Source: Macrostomum hystrix
Lineage: Eukaryota > Animalia > Platyhelminthes
Direction: 5' to 3'
Assembly (NCBI GenBank): GCA_950097015.1
Contig: CATNEN010000001.1
Location: 23,870,001-23,934,000 of the forward strand
Length of the DNA: 64,000 nucleotides
Made by a program: the position numbers and the translations under genes
In this document: positions 11,093 through 24,548 of the stretch, in pieces
Layout of the letters: the number at the start of each line of letters is the position of its first letter
How positions within the stretch are numbered: position 1 is the first letter of the stretch
Notes under the pieces: model-generated
What the model was told of the DNA's origin: nothing
Database searches by the model: none
The model's input: only the letters and a program-made list of their open reading frames with translations

Positions 11093-13512
11093 TGAATTGC
11101 ATTCCTAAAGATCAAATATAATATGGTAAAGTGTAGTTAAGCTTGATTTGTTGGTACCTGAACTTTTGATTCCTACCTGGTGCAAGGCTTACATTTAAGT
11201 AATACTCGTATAAAGACGATCCCATTATGTCTAAAAATGCAAAGCATCACATTTATCGTTTTTTCCCGATGACTTGAAGCAATTTTCGTGTCAGAACATA
11301 GCGTATTTCTTTCAAATGGTTATCCGGTCACTGTAATTTTATTCTAATTTAATGAAAGCGAATCAATAAATAAACTCTACGAAAATTATCAAGACAGCCA
11401 AAGGTGTTTAAACACAATTTCCTGAAATTTTAATTTCAAAGTGAGCTCTTGGCCAATATGTTATGCACAAATTCAATATATTCCGGCGAGCCTGTTAGAC
11501 CAGACATCTACCTGTTAGAGTGTGCACTTAGAGGGCAAACTGTACAATCAATCACGCAATTATACTTTCCAAAAGTATTGGTAATGACATGATTTCATTC
11601 AATCATGGTTTCCCTGCATTAAACTGCATATCCTACTCATAGTAGAGCCATGCGATAAGTAGTCGAATTTAAGTTGTCGGCTCTCTCTACTTCGGAGTTA
11701 CGAGTTAAAAAATTTCGCTGGTCACCTCTGTGGATTTACGCAGCCTCTTAAATGCATCGGCAATCGTTAATAATCGGCAATATTCTTGAACAGAAAGCCA
11801 ACGGCAGCTGTTCCCAGGTGTTTAGAAGCGCGATTCCTTGAAACTGGCCTGACAGGACTTGCCAGACGATGTCAATTGTCAATGATTCCTTGAATAAGGA
11901 GACAAAACATTTGCGTAGGCTCTGGGCAGCCGTCAGCATGTTTTACAGTTTGGAGAGCAACATGCCGACACCTCCGCGCTACCACCGGGTGGCAACTGTT
12001 GGTGGGCAATTATCTTTTATATACCAGCCACTCTACAGTGGGACAGACATGCCAGACAGATGGACACACGCCAGTTTGTTTTCGAAATAAACTGAAGGGA
12101 GTTGTGGGTCTTCTAGAAGATGAGGATTTACCTGCAGCCGAGGCGCCCCTTGGGCCACAATGACTGGTCGAGCACGCTGGCTGTTTGGCTTGGAAGTTGG
12201 AAAAACCTTTCAGCTTCACCGACTGTTCTTTCTGATCATTTTTTGTTCCCATCCAAACGGCATGACGGCTGTTTTGGGGGGTGGGAAGTTGAAAAATCCC
12301 ACCTATGCTTTTATGGGATATTTCGAATCGGTGAAAAGCAATGAAATTTCAGTAATGGCACTGCCTTAATTATCCCCCACACCCACACGTCGTGCTCAAT
12401 TTTCGGCCCATATATAGCGAGAGTTTGCCATTCTTTGCGCTTTACGATGCCTTGTTGATGAATTTTACAGCTCAGACAAATGGTTGATGTCTGAGCAGAC
12501 TGATTGTCACCTTGAGCTGGTGTGCACCATCGTAAACTATCCAACCTGGAATTAATTCGGTGTGAAAAACACATCGCTAGACTCGACTGCAACTTCGCTT
12601 AGTCTAAACGTTTAGATTTGTCTAAAAGAAGTTGGCTGAAACAGTCCACAGCTTCATGTCGCATTGTCCTCGCAGTGATGAATGCACTGAAATTGCGCTT
12701 TGGTTTACTGCGAAATCCAATTTCAAGACCCGTGTCCACACACCTGTGTGCCCGGCCGGGCCGAGAGGGGTTTCTAAGAAACAGATCCATGCGGATGCGG
12801 AATTGCTGGAGATTGTTTGGGAGGCTTAAAAGAGACTTAGCGCATTTCCTGTCCGCGGTCGTGCCGCCAACCCAGCAACCCGCGGACCCCCAGTAGCAGG
12901 CATGTGTGCGCGAGACAGCGTGATGAATTGCTCACCTGCCACTGAGCGGCCAACTGTTGCTTCTGCTACCCTTCATCCTTATGAGCCGCATACCTGTCCC
13001 AGGGTTACAGATGCAAATCTCCCCAACATAAACTCCCCATCTGCGATCCCGTGTGGCCTTCCGCGCCCCTCAGCCACAGGAGACAAGTGCCCTCCAGCCG
13101 CCTTCCGGTAGCTATGGGCGGGGGGTTGCAGATTGAACAGGTGACTCCAGGAAAAGATTCTTTTCTTGCAGTAAAACTCCGCTGCTGCTGCTGCTGCTGC
13201 CGCGCTGAAGAGGACGGAAGGAAGGAGAAAAAGAAGCGTGACGTATGGTTCTGAGAGGTCTTTCACGTAGAAGCGGGACCGCGTCAGGTGGTCTCTTTCA
13301 GTCTCCGAGCTTCAGCCTGTGCCGCATTTCTCCCAGTTCTGCATCAGTCAAATCCAGCGTCAGCAAGCGCACTGGATGGCGCAGAGCTGCTGTACATGTT
13401 AGTCACAATCCGCAAGGTAAGCGGCCATTTATGAAAACAATATTCTACTTGAAATCGGGTCACCACTCGATGATATGGGTCAGTAAAATTTGGTCATCTT
13501 TCGTGCCTTTCG

Positions 13513-14272
13513 CTCATCGTTTGTCTAATTTGGTCATGGTTTATCTAATTTGGTCGTGATTTGTCTAATTTGGTCATCGTTTATCTAATTTGGTCATCGT
13601 TTATCTAATTTGGTCATCGTTTATCTAATTTGGTCATCGTTTATCTAATTTGGTCATCGTTTGTCTAATTTGGTCATCGTTTATCTAATTTGGTCATCGT
13701 TTATCTAATTTGGTCATCGTTTATCTAATTTGGTCGTGGTTTGTCTAATTTGGTCATCGTTTATCTAATTTGGTCATGGTTTATCTAATTTGGTCATCGT
13801 TTATCTAATTTGGTCATGGTTTATCTAATTTGGTCATCGTTTATCTAATTTGGTCATGGTTTATCTAATTTGGTCATCGTTTATCTAATTTGGTCATCGT
13901 TTATCTAATTTGATCATCGTTTATCTAATTTGGTCGTGGTTTGTCTAATTTGGTCATCGTTTATCTAATTTGGTCATGGTTTATCTAATTTGGTCATTGT
14001 TTATCTAATTTGGTCATGGTTTGTCTTATTTGGTCATCGTTTATCTAATTTGGTCATGGTTTGTCTTATTTGGTCATCGTTTATCTAATTTGGTCATCGT
14101 TTATCTAATTTGGTCGTGGTTTGTCTAATTTGGTCATCTTTTATCTAATTTGGTCATGGTTTATCTAATTTGGTCATCGTTTATCTAATTTGGTCATCGT
14201 TTATCTAATTTGGTCATCGTTTATCTAATTTGGTCATCATTTATCTAATTTGGTCATGGTTTGTCTAATTTG
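13513..14272. repeat. Minisatellite, 20 bp unit (ttatctaatttggtcatcgt), ~37 copies
   Basis: Direct tandem copies. Confidence 0.95.
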
Positions 14273-15375
14273 CAGATGCAGATCGTATCTTCTAGTTCGC
14301 TTATTATTTGTCTCACTCTATGACTTGAGCACAGAATTTCTCAGATACGATCATGGATTTTCAGATCGGGTGAACAGCTTGAGAAAGCAGTGTCTTGAAT
14401 CTAAAAAAACAAAAATTGGAAAGTCAGAAAACGTCACTCTAAAGCTCAAAACCATAAAACTGTCTGTTTTAGCTTTAAAGGAAAATATTTTTTGACTTTC
14501 GGGCTCAACTTCCGTGAGCTCGCTCGGTTGAACATTTGAGTGCTTATTTAACTGGCTGAGTTTTCCTATTTAGACAAATGAAATTCATAAGCTGAAAATT
14601 TTAGCGGGCCGATTTCATATTGTCAGTTTTCCAGCCCCAATCCTGATCCGGGTATTAAAAGTGAATAAAAAACACAAGGCTAGCAAAGTTAATGATCCTC
14701 TTTCTTAGAAAGCGAGGGGATTTTCCGGTCCGCTCAGCACCAGCTGGGCCGCCGCCTGATTTATCCCCTCAGCAAGAATAATATACCCCGACCAACAGGA
14801 AAGCCCTGGTTTGTGGGCAGAGTAGAAAAAAGCGCTCAAAGGTGTGCCGGATGGGGATAAATATCCCATAGGTAGGCAGCTCTGCTGGGGCTGGGCAGGC
14901 TTATAGAAGCAAAGCAAAAATAAGGAAGTGGGTGGCCATTCCCCCCCCCAGGCTAGGGAAAGGTGAGAATTTGCGAGGCCACTTGAAGAAGCGGAAATGT
15001 CTCCAGCGCGCTGTCTTTAGCGCACTCCACGCGGGCAAAGCTTCGGGCTTGAGAAAAATTTTGACACGAGCGTCAATGCGAGGTGGCACCAATGGGAGCA
15101 GGGAGGGAAAGTTATCCCACCAGCTGTCGCTTCCCGCTTTTCAAATGAGGTGTGCCGATAATCTGTGCTCAGTCCGCGTCGCTTAAGCCCCGAGGCCTTG
15201 GAGCTGCGGGTTGGTTCCTGCGGCTGCACAGCAACGGAGTGCACGCGGGGCAGTGGCTGACTGTGTGAGCACAATGCGCTTGCTGCAGGATAAACAGCGA
15301 TTTTCACTGGATTGCTGCATGCTCTCGAGGAGAAAACTGGGAATTCAGAAGGGGAAGAAAAGAGAGAAACTATGT

Positions 15376-15490
15376 GAGAATAGAGGGTAGAGTGTTGAGA
15401 ATAGAGGGTAGAGTGTTGAGAATAGAGGGTAGAGTGTTGAGAATAGAGGGTAGAGTGTTGAGAATCGAGGGTAGCGGGTTGAGAATAGAG
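15376..15490. repeat. Minisatellite, 21 bp unit (gagaatagagggtagagtgtt), ~5 copies
   Basis: Direct tandem copies. Confidence 0.9.
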
Positions 15491-15936
15491 AAGAGTATAA
15501 GCCAGAAGGTAATGAGGAGAGAAAGCAAGATGTCAAAAAGTGTCTTAAAAAATTGATTCGACCCAACTGAATAAAAAACACACTAGAAAGGCATGGAGCA
15601 ATGAGAAGCAGCAACGCCCCTGAGGTCAGAGCAGTTCTCTCATTCGGCTGTGATATCGCTGGCTGTTGCAGGTTCCCATGGGGGGTGCCGCATAATTTAC
15701 TCTGGAGACTACCTGTGTGAGATTCTCCCACGATTAGAAAAAAAGTGTTAGCATAGCAACCATGGCTCACACAATGCCGCACTGAGTTCTCGATTTCTCT
15801 GAGAACTTGCAATATTCACAAAAATTATTGCTGGTGTGTGAAATTGTCAGGTCGTTAAGTAATTTGCGCAATATAAAGTTGAAAACTCTGACACATGAGG
15901 GAGAAAGAGATGGAGACGGAGACTGTTAGAGACAGT

Positions 15937-16230
15937 GGAGAGAGGGAGCGGAGAGAGGGAGCGGAGAGAGGGAGCGGAGAGAGGGAGCGGAGAGGGAGAG
16001 CGGAGAGGGGGAGCGGAGAGGGGGAGCGGAGAGGGGGAGCGGAGAGAGGGAGCGGAGAGGGGGAGCGGAGAGAGGGAGCGAAGAGAGGGAGCGGAGAGAG
16101 GGAGCGGAGAGAGGGAGCGGAGAGAGGGAGCGGAGAGAGGGAGCGGAGAGAGGGAGCGGAGAGAGGGAGCGGAGAGGGGGAGCGGAGAGGGGGAGCGGAG
16201 AGGGGGAGCGGAGAGAGGGAGCGGAGAGAG
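15937..16230. repeat. Minisatellite, 13 bp unit (gagcggagagagg)
   Basis: Direct tandem copies. Confidence 0.9.
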
Positions 16231-17046
16231 GAGGAGGTGACTATGGAAGGTGGAGAGCTGAGAGACGCAGATGAAGCTGATTAGGATCAAAGTGCCATTT
16301 CCCTGAGGCTCCCAAATACTTTGATATTTGATCAAAGAATTTCTGGTCTCCAAGCGGCTGATAATCGCTACAATGCTCCAACTATACGACAGCCAATTGT
16401 TGTTAAGCATGAAGGCATTAGTGATGATGAAACAATCGCTGTATGCCGCATGCTTTACTGGTATTCAGCAGGATCGCGGCGGCCAGGACGCGGCATTCAT
16501 CAGATGATGCGGTATCGAATGCTTCTTTTAGAAACAAAGAAGACAGCAGTGTTGCTTGACGCGGGTTCAGGGTTCATTGTGCTCGGTGTTAAGAGCGCCT
16601 GTTGCTGTTATTTATGTTTCAAAATCGTACAAGCTGCTGTTGCTGCTGCTGTTGTGCCTCTTGTTTTTTCCGCTAAGGTAGAGGAGATTCACTGGTCCGA
16701 TTGTTACCATATGGGTGAAAATATAGATCATGAGGATATGCTGCAAGGATATCGCTAACAAGCGACTATGCCAACAACTGCTGATGTTGAATTCTGCTGG
16801 AATTGTCATTCTAATAGCTGTGCCAGTCAGTTGCCATAGCCCTGCTGCTGTGTGCACTGTGTGACACACACACACGCAGGTAGTGACACCGAGGCAACAG
16901 CTGACGAAAGACAAGTTCTGCAACAATATCACCCTTTCTGCAGTGTGTGCTATACCAGAAGAAATTCAATGGACCGAATAGATAATGACGCTAGTAACAT
17001 ACAGGTATTCAAGCTTTTATATTCTTCTGCTTTTTGGGTAGATTTG

Positions 17047-17666
17047 TGAGAATCATAGGGACACTGGTGAGAATGATAGGGACACTGGTGAGAATGATAG
17101 GGTAGACACTGGTGAGAATGATAGGGTAGAGAGACTGGTGAGAATGATAGGGTAGACACTGGTGAGAATGATAGGGTAGAGAGACTGGTGAGAATGATAG
17201 GGTAGACACTGGTGAGAATGATAGGGTAGACACTGGTGAGAATGATAGGGTAGACACTGGTGAGAATGATAGGGTAGAGAGACTGGTGAGAATGATAGGG
17301 TAGACACTGGTGAGAATGATAGGGTAGAGAGACTGGTGAGAATGATAGGGTAGAGACTGGTGAGAATGATAGGGTAGAGACTGGTGAGAATGATAGGGTA
17401 GAGACTGGTGAGAATGATAGGGTAGAGACTGGTGAGAATCATAGGGTAGAGAGGGGATCATTCGGTAGAGGGGGGATCATTCGGTAGAGGGGATCATTCG
17501 GTAGAGGGGGGTCATTCGGTAGAGGGGGATCATTCGGTAGAGAGGGGATCATTCGGTAGAGAGGGGATCATTCGGTAGAGAGGGGATCATTCGGTAGAGA
17601 GGGGATCATTCGGTAGAGAGGGGATCATTCGGTAGAGAGGGGATCATTCGGTAGAGAGGGGATCAT
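17047..17666. repeat. Two abutting minisatellites: ~25 bp (actggtgagaatgatagggtagag) then ~21 bp (ggggatcattcggtagaga)
   Basis: Direct tandem copies, with the unit switching at ~17452. Confidence 0.9.
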
Positions 17667-18262
17667 AAGTATATGATCAGGGGATCATGGAGTCATTGGG
17701 TGGGGCAGACGGATCAGTCAGTGGCTGTCATGGCAGAGGAATTCTAAGATGACTGCGCATGAGTGGATAGCTGAAATTGTAAACTTATAGCTGGAACACA
17801 GGGAGGTGTCAGTGCGTGACAGCAGCCAAGGCCGCTGAAATACCTGCCCCAAGGTGAAGGGCTGGGCAAATGCGAAAATCAGTAAGCGATGCAGCGGATC
17901 TGATGGTTTGGGCCAGGCCAGGTAAAGGAATGGGCTTGTTGCAACACCTGACACTGCTTTATCAAAATGTTTGTTAGCCCTGCCACCGACCCCGGCTGAA
18001 CAGGGCCACTTTAGTCCCACAAAATCCTCTGACATCCCTCTCCGCTCTATCCCTGCTGGCTGTTTCCAACTCCCAGTCTGCCTGACAGCGGCGACCAATC
18101 AGATGCGACTCGGCCTGGACGGTCATTGGTCAGAGGTTGGCAAGTTAAGCAGAGTGTAAAATCACACGCACACACTGAAACATATTTAAACCGAACAGAA
18201 TAGGATTCGCCTGGTATAGAATCTTTGATAGAATTTTCTCTGAAGCCGAGCACAGAAGCAGC

Positions 18263-18440
18263 ATGGCAACAATGGACAGCGGCAACAAGTCACGGTCAGC
18301 TGGCGCACTGCGGAAGCGGTGCTCGACTACCGCGGCGGCGTCTGCGGCATTCACCAACGCGGCTGCTGGCGGAGCTGCGATGACCAGCGCTGACTCCCGA
18401 CTGCTCATGGGACTCGGCTGGCAGACTCTCGACTGCGCGG
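18263..18440 (+). CDS. Probable upstream coding exon of the Snail-family gene
   Basis: GC-rich, ATG-initiated segment ending at the phase-1 donor G|GTGAGC. It matches the phase-1 acceptor tttcgcag| at 22483, from which the frame stays open into the Snail ORF. Confidence 0.55.
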
Positions 18441-18509
18441 GTGAGCTGAACACCTTCTGCCTGCGGACTGTGCGGGATGGGGCACTGCGGCATCAGTGGC
18501 AGATGAGAG

Positions 18510-19245
18510 AGCGAGATTGAGAGGGAGATTGAGAGGGAGATTGAGAGGGAGATTGAGAGGGAGATTGAGAGGGAGATAAGAGAGGGAGATAAGAGAGGGA
18601 GATTTAGAGAAGGAAATGAGAGAAGGAGTGAGAGGGAGACTGAGAGAAGGAGTGAGAGGGAGACTGAGGGAAGGAGTGAGAGGGAGACTGAGAGAAGGAT
18701 TGAGAGGGAGACTGAGAGAAGGAGTGAGAGGGAGACTGAGAGAAGGAGTGAGAGGGAGACTGAGAGAAGGAGTGAGAGGGAGACTGAGAGAAGGATTGAG
18801 AGGGAGACTGAGAGAAGGAGTGAGAGGGAGACTGAGAGAAGGATTGAGAGGGAGACTGAGAGAAGGATTGAGAGGGAGACTGAGAGAAGGATTGAGAGGG
18901 AGACTGAGAGAAGGATTGAGAGGGAGACTGAGAGAAGGATTGAGAGGGAGACTGTGAGAAGGAGTGAGTGGGAGACTGAGAGAAGGAGTGAGAGGGAGAC
19001 TGAGAGAAGGAGTGAGAGGGAGACTGTGAGAAGGAGTGAGAGGGAGACTGAGAGAAGGAGTGAGAGGGAGACTGTGAGAAGGAGTGAGAGGGAGACTGTG
19101 AGAAGGAGTGAGAGGGAGACTGAGAGAAGGAGTGAGAGGGAGACTGTGAGAAGGAGTGAGAGGGAGACTGTGAGAAGGAGTGAGAGGGAGACTGTGAGAA
19201 GGAGTGAGAGGGAGACTGAGAGAAGGAGTGAGAGGGAGACTGTGG
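18510..19245. repeat. Purine-rich minisatellites: 12 bp (gagagggagatt) then 24 bp (gagaaggagtgagagggagactga)
   Basis: Direct tandem copies. Confidence 0.92.
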
Positions 19246-20739
19246 TAGGGAGATTGGGAGAGGGGATCGGGGTAGGCATAATATGGATTTCACCACCTGT
19301 TTATCAGAATAACGCGGTTCAACCCCGCGTGACAACACCTGCTTAAGTTGCTGTCACAATTCAGATAGACATTCAGTATAGAAAAAAGAATTTATAGCAT
19401 TTTACACATCCGATTTGACAATATATACGGAAATGAATGAATGGGAGTGACTGATGCTCACAGGTGTATTGTAGATCCCCATACTGTACAGCATCTTTAG
19501 TCAGTTTATAATCATTAAGTTCTTGACCATAGCGAACTGAATGATGTGCATTGTATACAATGGCACCTTGTGAGGCACCGTATGCCATATATAGCAATGG
19601 GCCAAGGAGTTTATACCGGCAAACAGCAGCTGCTTGGTGGAATTCTTTTTTTAGACTAAAATGCGAACCAATGGGACTTTGTTTGCATCCACTTTGAACA
19701 CTGCCGGTCGGCAGAAGAGCTTGTTGCTAGAAAACAATCAATCTTCTTTAATGTTCCGCTGTCTATGGCACAAACCTCACCCGTTTCTCAAAGAAGATCC
19801 CCAAACAGAAGCCATCCATAAGGAGGCCTTATTCGGTGATTGCCATAGTAAACATTCCAGTTTATGTTCCGTGATTTGGACAAGAATTAACACAGCCAAA
19901 CCGCGGGAAACAACCGCTTTCACACCTATTGGTTTTATTGGAAAGCTTTTGTAATTCTGCTCTCCATGCAGTCCCGCCGTGGTCTCGGCTTCTCAACCGG
20001 AACCCACCTCAGCTCTGAGCTGTTGGCCATTGTTTGAGTCGTGCTTCTCAATTGATTTGGCTCGATTCAGAATTCTATTAAATGGAAAGTATCAGTGTGG
20101 TGAAACACCTGTATGAGCACATGTTTGTGATACGGGATACGGGATGCGGGATGCGGATATGCAGATAAAACTAGGCAATTAAGACGCAACATGCAGCCAC
20201 GTCCCGCTGGGATATTGTTTGCGCGTTCGAGGAAAAAAAACAGAACTGTGAAAAATTATCCCCATATTGCCACACTGGCCATTCTAGGCGCATTAATTTC
20301 GGGACTCCATTGAAAATCTGATTGGGAATTAAAACTTTCCATTGCCATCGCTTGAGGGACTCGGGCACCCCCGCTGGCATCACGGCCACCGCCAAGCGCG
20401 TAGAGAAATTGGCAATTCACAATGGATCACTGCCTGTGGTGTGGTCTGGCAGCAAAGCAAGCTGTTGCCAAATATCTATGAGTTAGTCTTGCCTGGAGAC
20501 ATTCTCAAACTGACTCAAGCTGTCAAGATCCCCGTGCCAAGTATATACGGCTAGCTTAAACACTCATTTGTGAAATTATTAATTTAGGCAATTCGGATCC
20601 TGAATTTTATTTTAGTTAAAAACTGAAGTACGGGATTTGTCAAGTAGTTAAGCCTTCCAAAAATAGCATTATCAATAAGGTGATCATCTAAAGTTTATGG
20701 ATTCTAAACTAATTCTGAATTCTAATTCTAAGTCTGAAG

Positions 20740-21451
20740 ATTCTACAGCTTGGGATTTCTACAGTTTTGGGATTGCTACAGTTTGGGATTTCTACAGTTT
20801 GGGATTTCTACAGTTTGGGATTTCTACAGTTTGGGATTTCTACAGTTTGGGATTTCTACAGTTTGGTATTTCTACAGTTTGGTATTTCTACAGTTTGGGA
20901 TTTCTACAGTTTGGGATTTCTACAGTTTGGGATTTCTACAGTTTGGGATTTCTACAGTTTGGTATTTCTACAGTTTGGTATTTCTACAGTTTGGGATTTC
21001 TACAGTTTTGGGATTTCTACAGTTTGGGATTTCTACAGTTTAGGATTTCTACAGTTTGGGATTTCTACAGTTTGGGATTTCTACAGTTTAGGATTTCTAC
21101 AGTTTGGGATTTCTACAGTTTGGGATTTCTACAGTTTGGGATTTCTACAGTTTAGGATTTCTACAGTTTGGGATTTCTACAGTTTGGGATTTCTACAGTT
21201 TAGGATTTCTACAGTTTGGGATTTCTACAGTTTGGGATTTCTACAGTTTGGGATTTCTACAGTTTGGAATTTCTACAGTTTGGGATTTCTACAGTTTGGG
21301 ATTTCTACAGTTTAGGATTTCTACAGTTTGGGATTTCTACAGTTTGGGATTTCTACAGTTTAGGATTTCTACAGTTTGGGATTTCTACAGTTTGGGATTT
21401 CTACAGTTTAGGATTTCTACAGTTTGGGATTGCTACAGTTTGGGATTTCTA
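20740..21451. repeat. Minisatellite, 16 bp unit (ggatttctacagtttg), ~44 copies
   Basis: Direct tandem copies. Confidence 0.95.
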
Positions 21452-22483
21452 AGAGTTTAGGCCTCTTCTTCCAAGTTGACATATAAATCGAAAGCTGCCT
21501 CGTGGCTTTAATAGATCGTGGCATGCATATTTATCTGCAGCGAAACCAATACACCGCACCTCAGTGACGAAAATGCTCAGCTATAGACTCAGCTATAGAG
21601 ACCATAGAGCAAAATATCACTACTCAAGCTCAAGCGGCGCCCTCACCAGCGGAAGTCAGCCAGTCATTTATCTCTTTCTGCTACCGAAATTTGCTCCTAA
21701 ATAAAAAAACAAATCGGCACCGAGTGGGGTCGCAGAAAATTCTAAGGCGGGGAGACGCTTTTGAGGAGTTCAGGGATTTCTTCTAATCACCGGAACTGAC
21801 TCCCCACTTCCCAGCCGATCAACGAAAATCTTCCCCTAGCCTCCCCACCCCCAGCCCCACCTTCGAGCTGGGCAGGTGGGAGCGAACTGACGTCGGAAGG
21901 CCGGACTAGAATGGGGATCTTGATGGTTTACGACCATTTTCTGTATTTCTGTAGTTCTTTGCTTCATTTTTCTTCTCTACCCCAAAAGCCAAAATCAGAT
22001 TTTATGGACATTTCCACTTCTCTCATTTGAAACTCACCCCCCGAAAAGTATGGATTCGAAAATGGGATTTTCTAAGAAATCGCTCATTTACAACCTTTGG
22101 AATTTCAATTTTTTTCGAGCACGCGACACTGAGGACTGGGAATTAATGGTGCACGTGCCAGCGGGAGGACGGTTTGAGAACGGAGGGCCCCATTAATTGG
22201 TTTGGGCTGAGCTCCACTGTGAAGATCCATCAGTTTTTTGGCTCTCTGGTTCCCCAGCGGCACACCTGCACAGCCGCCTGACACCGCCTCGTGCCTTCCC
22301 GGCGACCAATCGCCCTGATTTACGATCCCCTGCCACCCCCGGGACCCGACTGAGCAGGCTATAACCGTCAGGGAGGACAACAGACAGCCGGAGAAAGAGC
22401 AGAGAGACGGGCAAGCAGAGTCAGGATAGGAGACAGGATAGGAGCAACAGAAAAAACCGGACGCGCCAAATTTACTTTCGCAG

Positions 22484-23853
22484 GCTCTCTCGCTCAGCTG
22501 ACTGCTTCTTCAGCATTCAAGCCACCGCAGCGTCAGCACCAGCTGCTGCTGCCGCCGCCTCCGCCGCTGCCACTTCTCTCGCAGCAGCCGGGCACATCGT
22601 CAGCAGCCTCCACCGCCTGGACCGTCAGCTCAGCAGCCATGGCGCTGAATCATCAGCATCAGCAGCAGCAGCAGCAGTACGCCATGCTGCAACATCTGCA
22701 CCGCAGCTTCGGTTCCATGTCGGGCATTCATCAGATGCAGCCGCTTCATCGACCCCCCGCGTTGCCAACAGACCTCGGTCAGCTGCTGCTGCTTGGCCTG
22801 GCGTGTCGCCAGCCAGACACTCAACAGCAGGGTCCTCTGCCAACGCTGCCACTGCCGCCGCTGCTACCGGCCGCCGCCATCGCTGCAGCCGCCGCAGCTG
22901 CCGCCGCCGCCGCCGCCAACGCACATTCAACAGCCTCAGAGCTGAAGCCGACACCGGAGAACATTCGCGCCTACCCCGGCCTGTTTGTCGACTTCCAGAT
23001 GCGGGCCCTGGCCATGGCTCGCGAGCTGGCCGCCGCGGTGCCACAGCAGCAGCAGCCGCAGCTACACCAGGAGCAGAAGTGCTTTCATTCGCCTCCGCCA
23101 CCACCACCGCCTCCATCGTCGCCTCCTTCACAGCAGCAGCCAACAACACCGACTTCGAAGTCCGCCTCCCTGTCCGCGGCGTCCTCCGCTGACTCGTCAC
23201 CGTCAACACCACCAAACGGGCGGTTCGCTTGCGACCGCTGCCGCCGGTCCTACACAACCAGCGCCGGGCTGCTGAAGCACCGGGAGTCAGCCAGCTGCTG
23301 CGGCGAAGGCGGAGAGGCCAAAAAGTTCAGCTGCACCCGCTGCCACAAGGTCTATTACAGCCTGAGTGCGCTCAAGATGCACATCCGAACCCACACGCTG
23401 CCCTGCCAGTGCCGGATCTGCGGCAAGGCCTTCAGCCGCATGTGGCTGCTCAATGGACACATCCGCACTCACACCGGCGAGAAGCCGTTCGAGTGCGGCG
23501 TCTGCCAGCGCGCCTTCGCAGACCGATCCAACCTGCGTGCGCACATGCAGACACACTCAGTGGTGAAGAAGTACCGCTGCCAGGCCTGCGGCAAGACCTT
23601 CAGCCGCATGGGGTTGCTGACCAAGCACAGGGCGACGTCTGCTGGCGGCTGCGGCGGCTGCTCAGCCTCCGACGACATGGCTTCCGCTGTCGAAGAGTTC
23701 GACGACTTCGGCCACAGCGACAGTCGGCTGGACAATGAACACTTCGACGACGAGGATGACGCCGAGATCGTGGAAGCCCACGGAGCGGAGCCAATCCTGG
23801 GCCTAAAAGTCAGCACTGACGAACTGAATATGGAGGCCGAGGACAGCGCCTGA
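22484..23853 (+). CDS. snail: Snail-family C2H2 zinc-finger transcription factor, main exon (first internal ATG at 22639)
   Basis: Five fingers with Snail diagnostic strings: [56 protein letters not shown] and [14 protein letters not shown]. Confidence 0.92.
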
Positions 23854-23892
23854 TCCAAGAAGACTGTTTACACAGTGGTTCTGACCTCAAAC

Positions 23893-24548
23893 TATCTCAA
23901 ACCCTCCTCAAACAGTGTCTCAAATCCTCCTCAAACAGTGTCTCAAACCCTCCTCAAACAGTGTCTCAAATCCTCCTCAAACAGTGTCTCAAATCCCACT
24001 CAAACCGAGTCTCAAATCCCACTCAAACAGAGTCTCAAATCCCACTCAAACCGAGTCTCAAATCCCACTCAAATAGAGTCTCAAATCCCACTCAAACCGA
24101 GTCTCAAATCCTCCTCAAACCGAGTCTCAAATCCCACTCAAACAGAGTCTCAAATCCCACTCAAACCGAGTCTCAAATCCTCCTCAAACAGTGTCTCAAA
24201 TCCCACTCAAACCGAGTCTCAAATCCCACTCAAACCGAGTCTCAAATCCCACTCAAACCGAGTCTCAAATCCCACTCAAACCGAGTCTCAAATCCCACTC
24301 AAACCGAGTCTCAAATCCCACTCAAACCGAGTCTCAAATCCCACTCAAACCGAGTCTCAAATCCCACTCAAACAGAGTCTCAAATCCCACTCAAACAGAG
24401 TCTCAAATCCCACTCAAACAGAGTCTCAAATCCCACTCAAACCGAGTCTCAAATCCCACTCAAACCGAGTCTCAAATCCCACTCAAACCGAGTCTCAAAT
24501 CCCACTCAAACCGAGTCTCAAATCCCACTCAAACCGAGTCTCAAACCC
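23893..24548. repeat. Minisatellite, 23 bp unit (tctcaaatcccactcaaaccgag), ~28 copies, just after the Snail stop codon
   Basis: Direct tandem copies. Confidence 0.95.
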
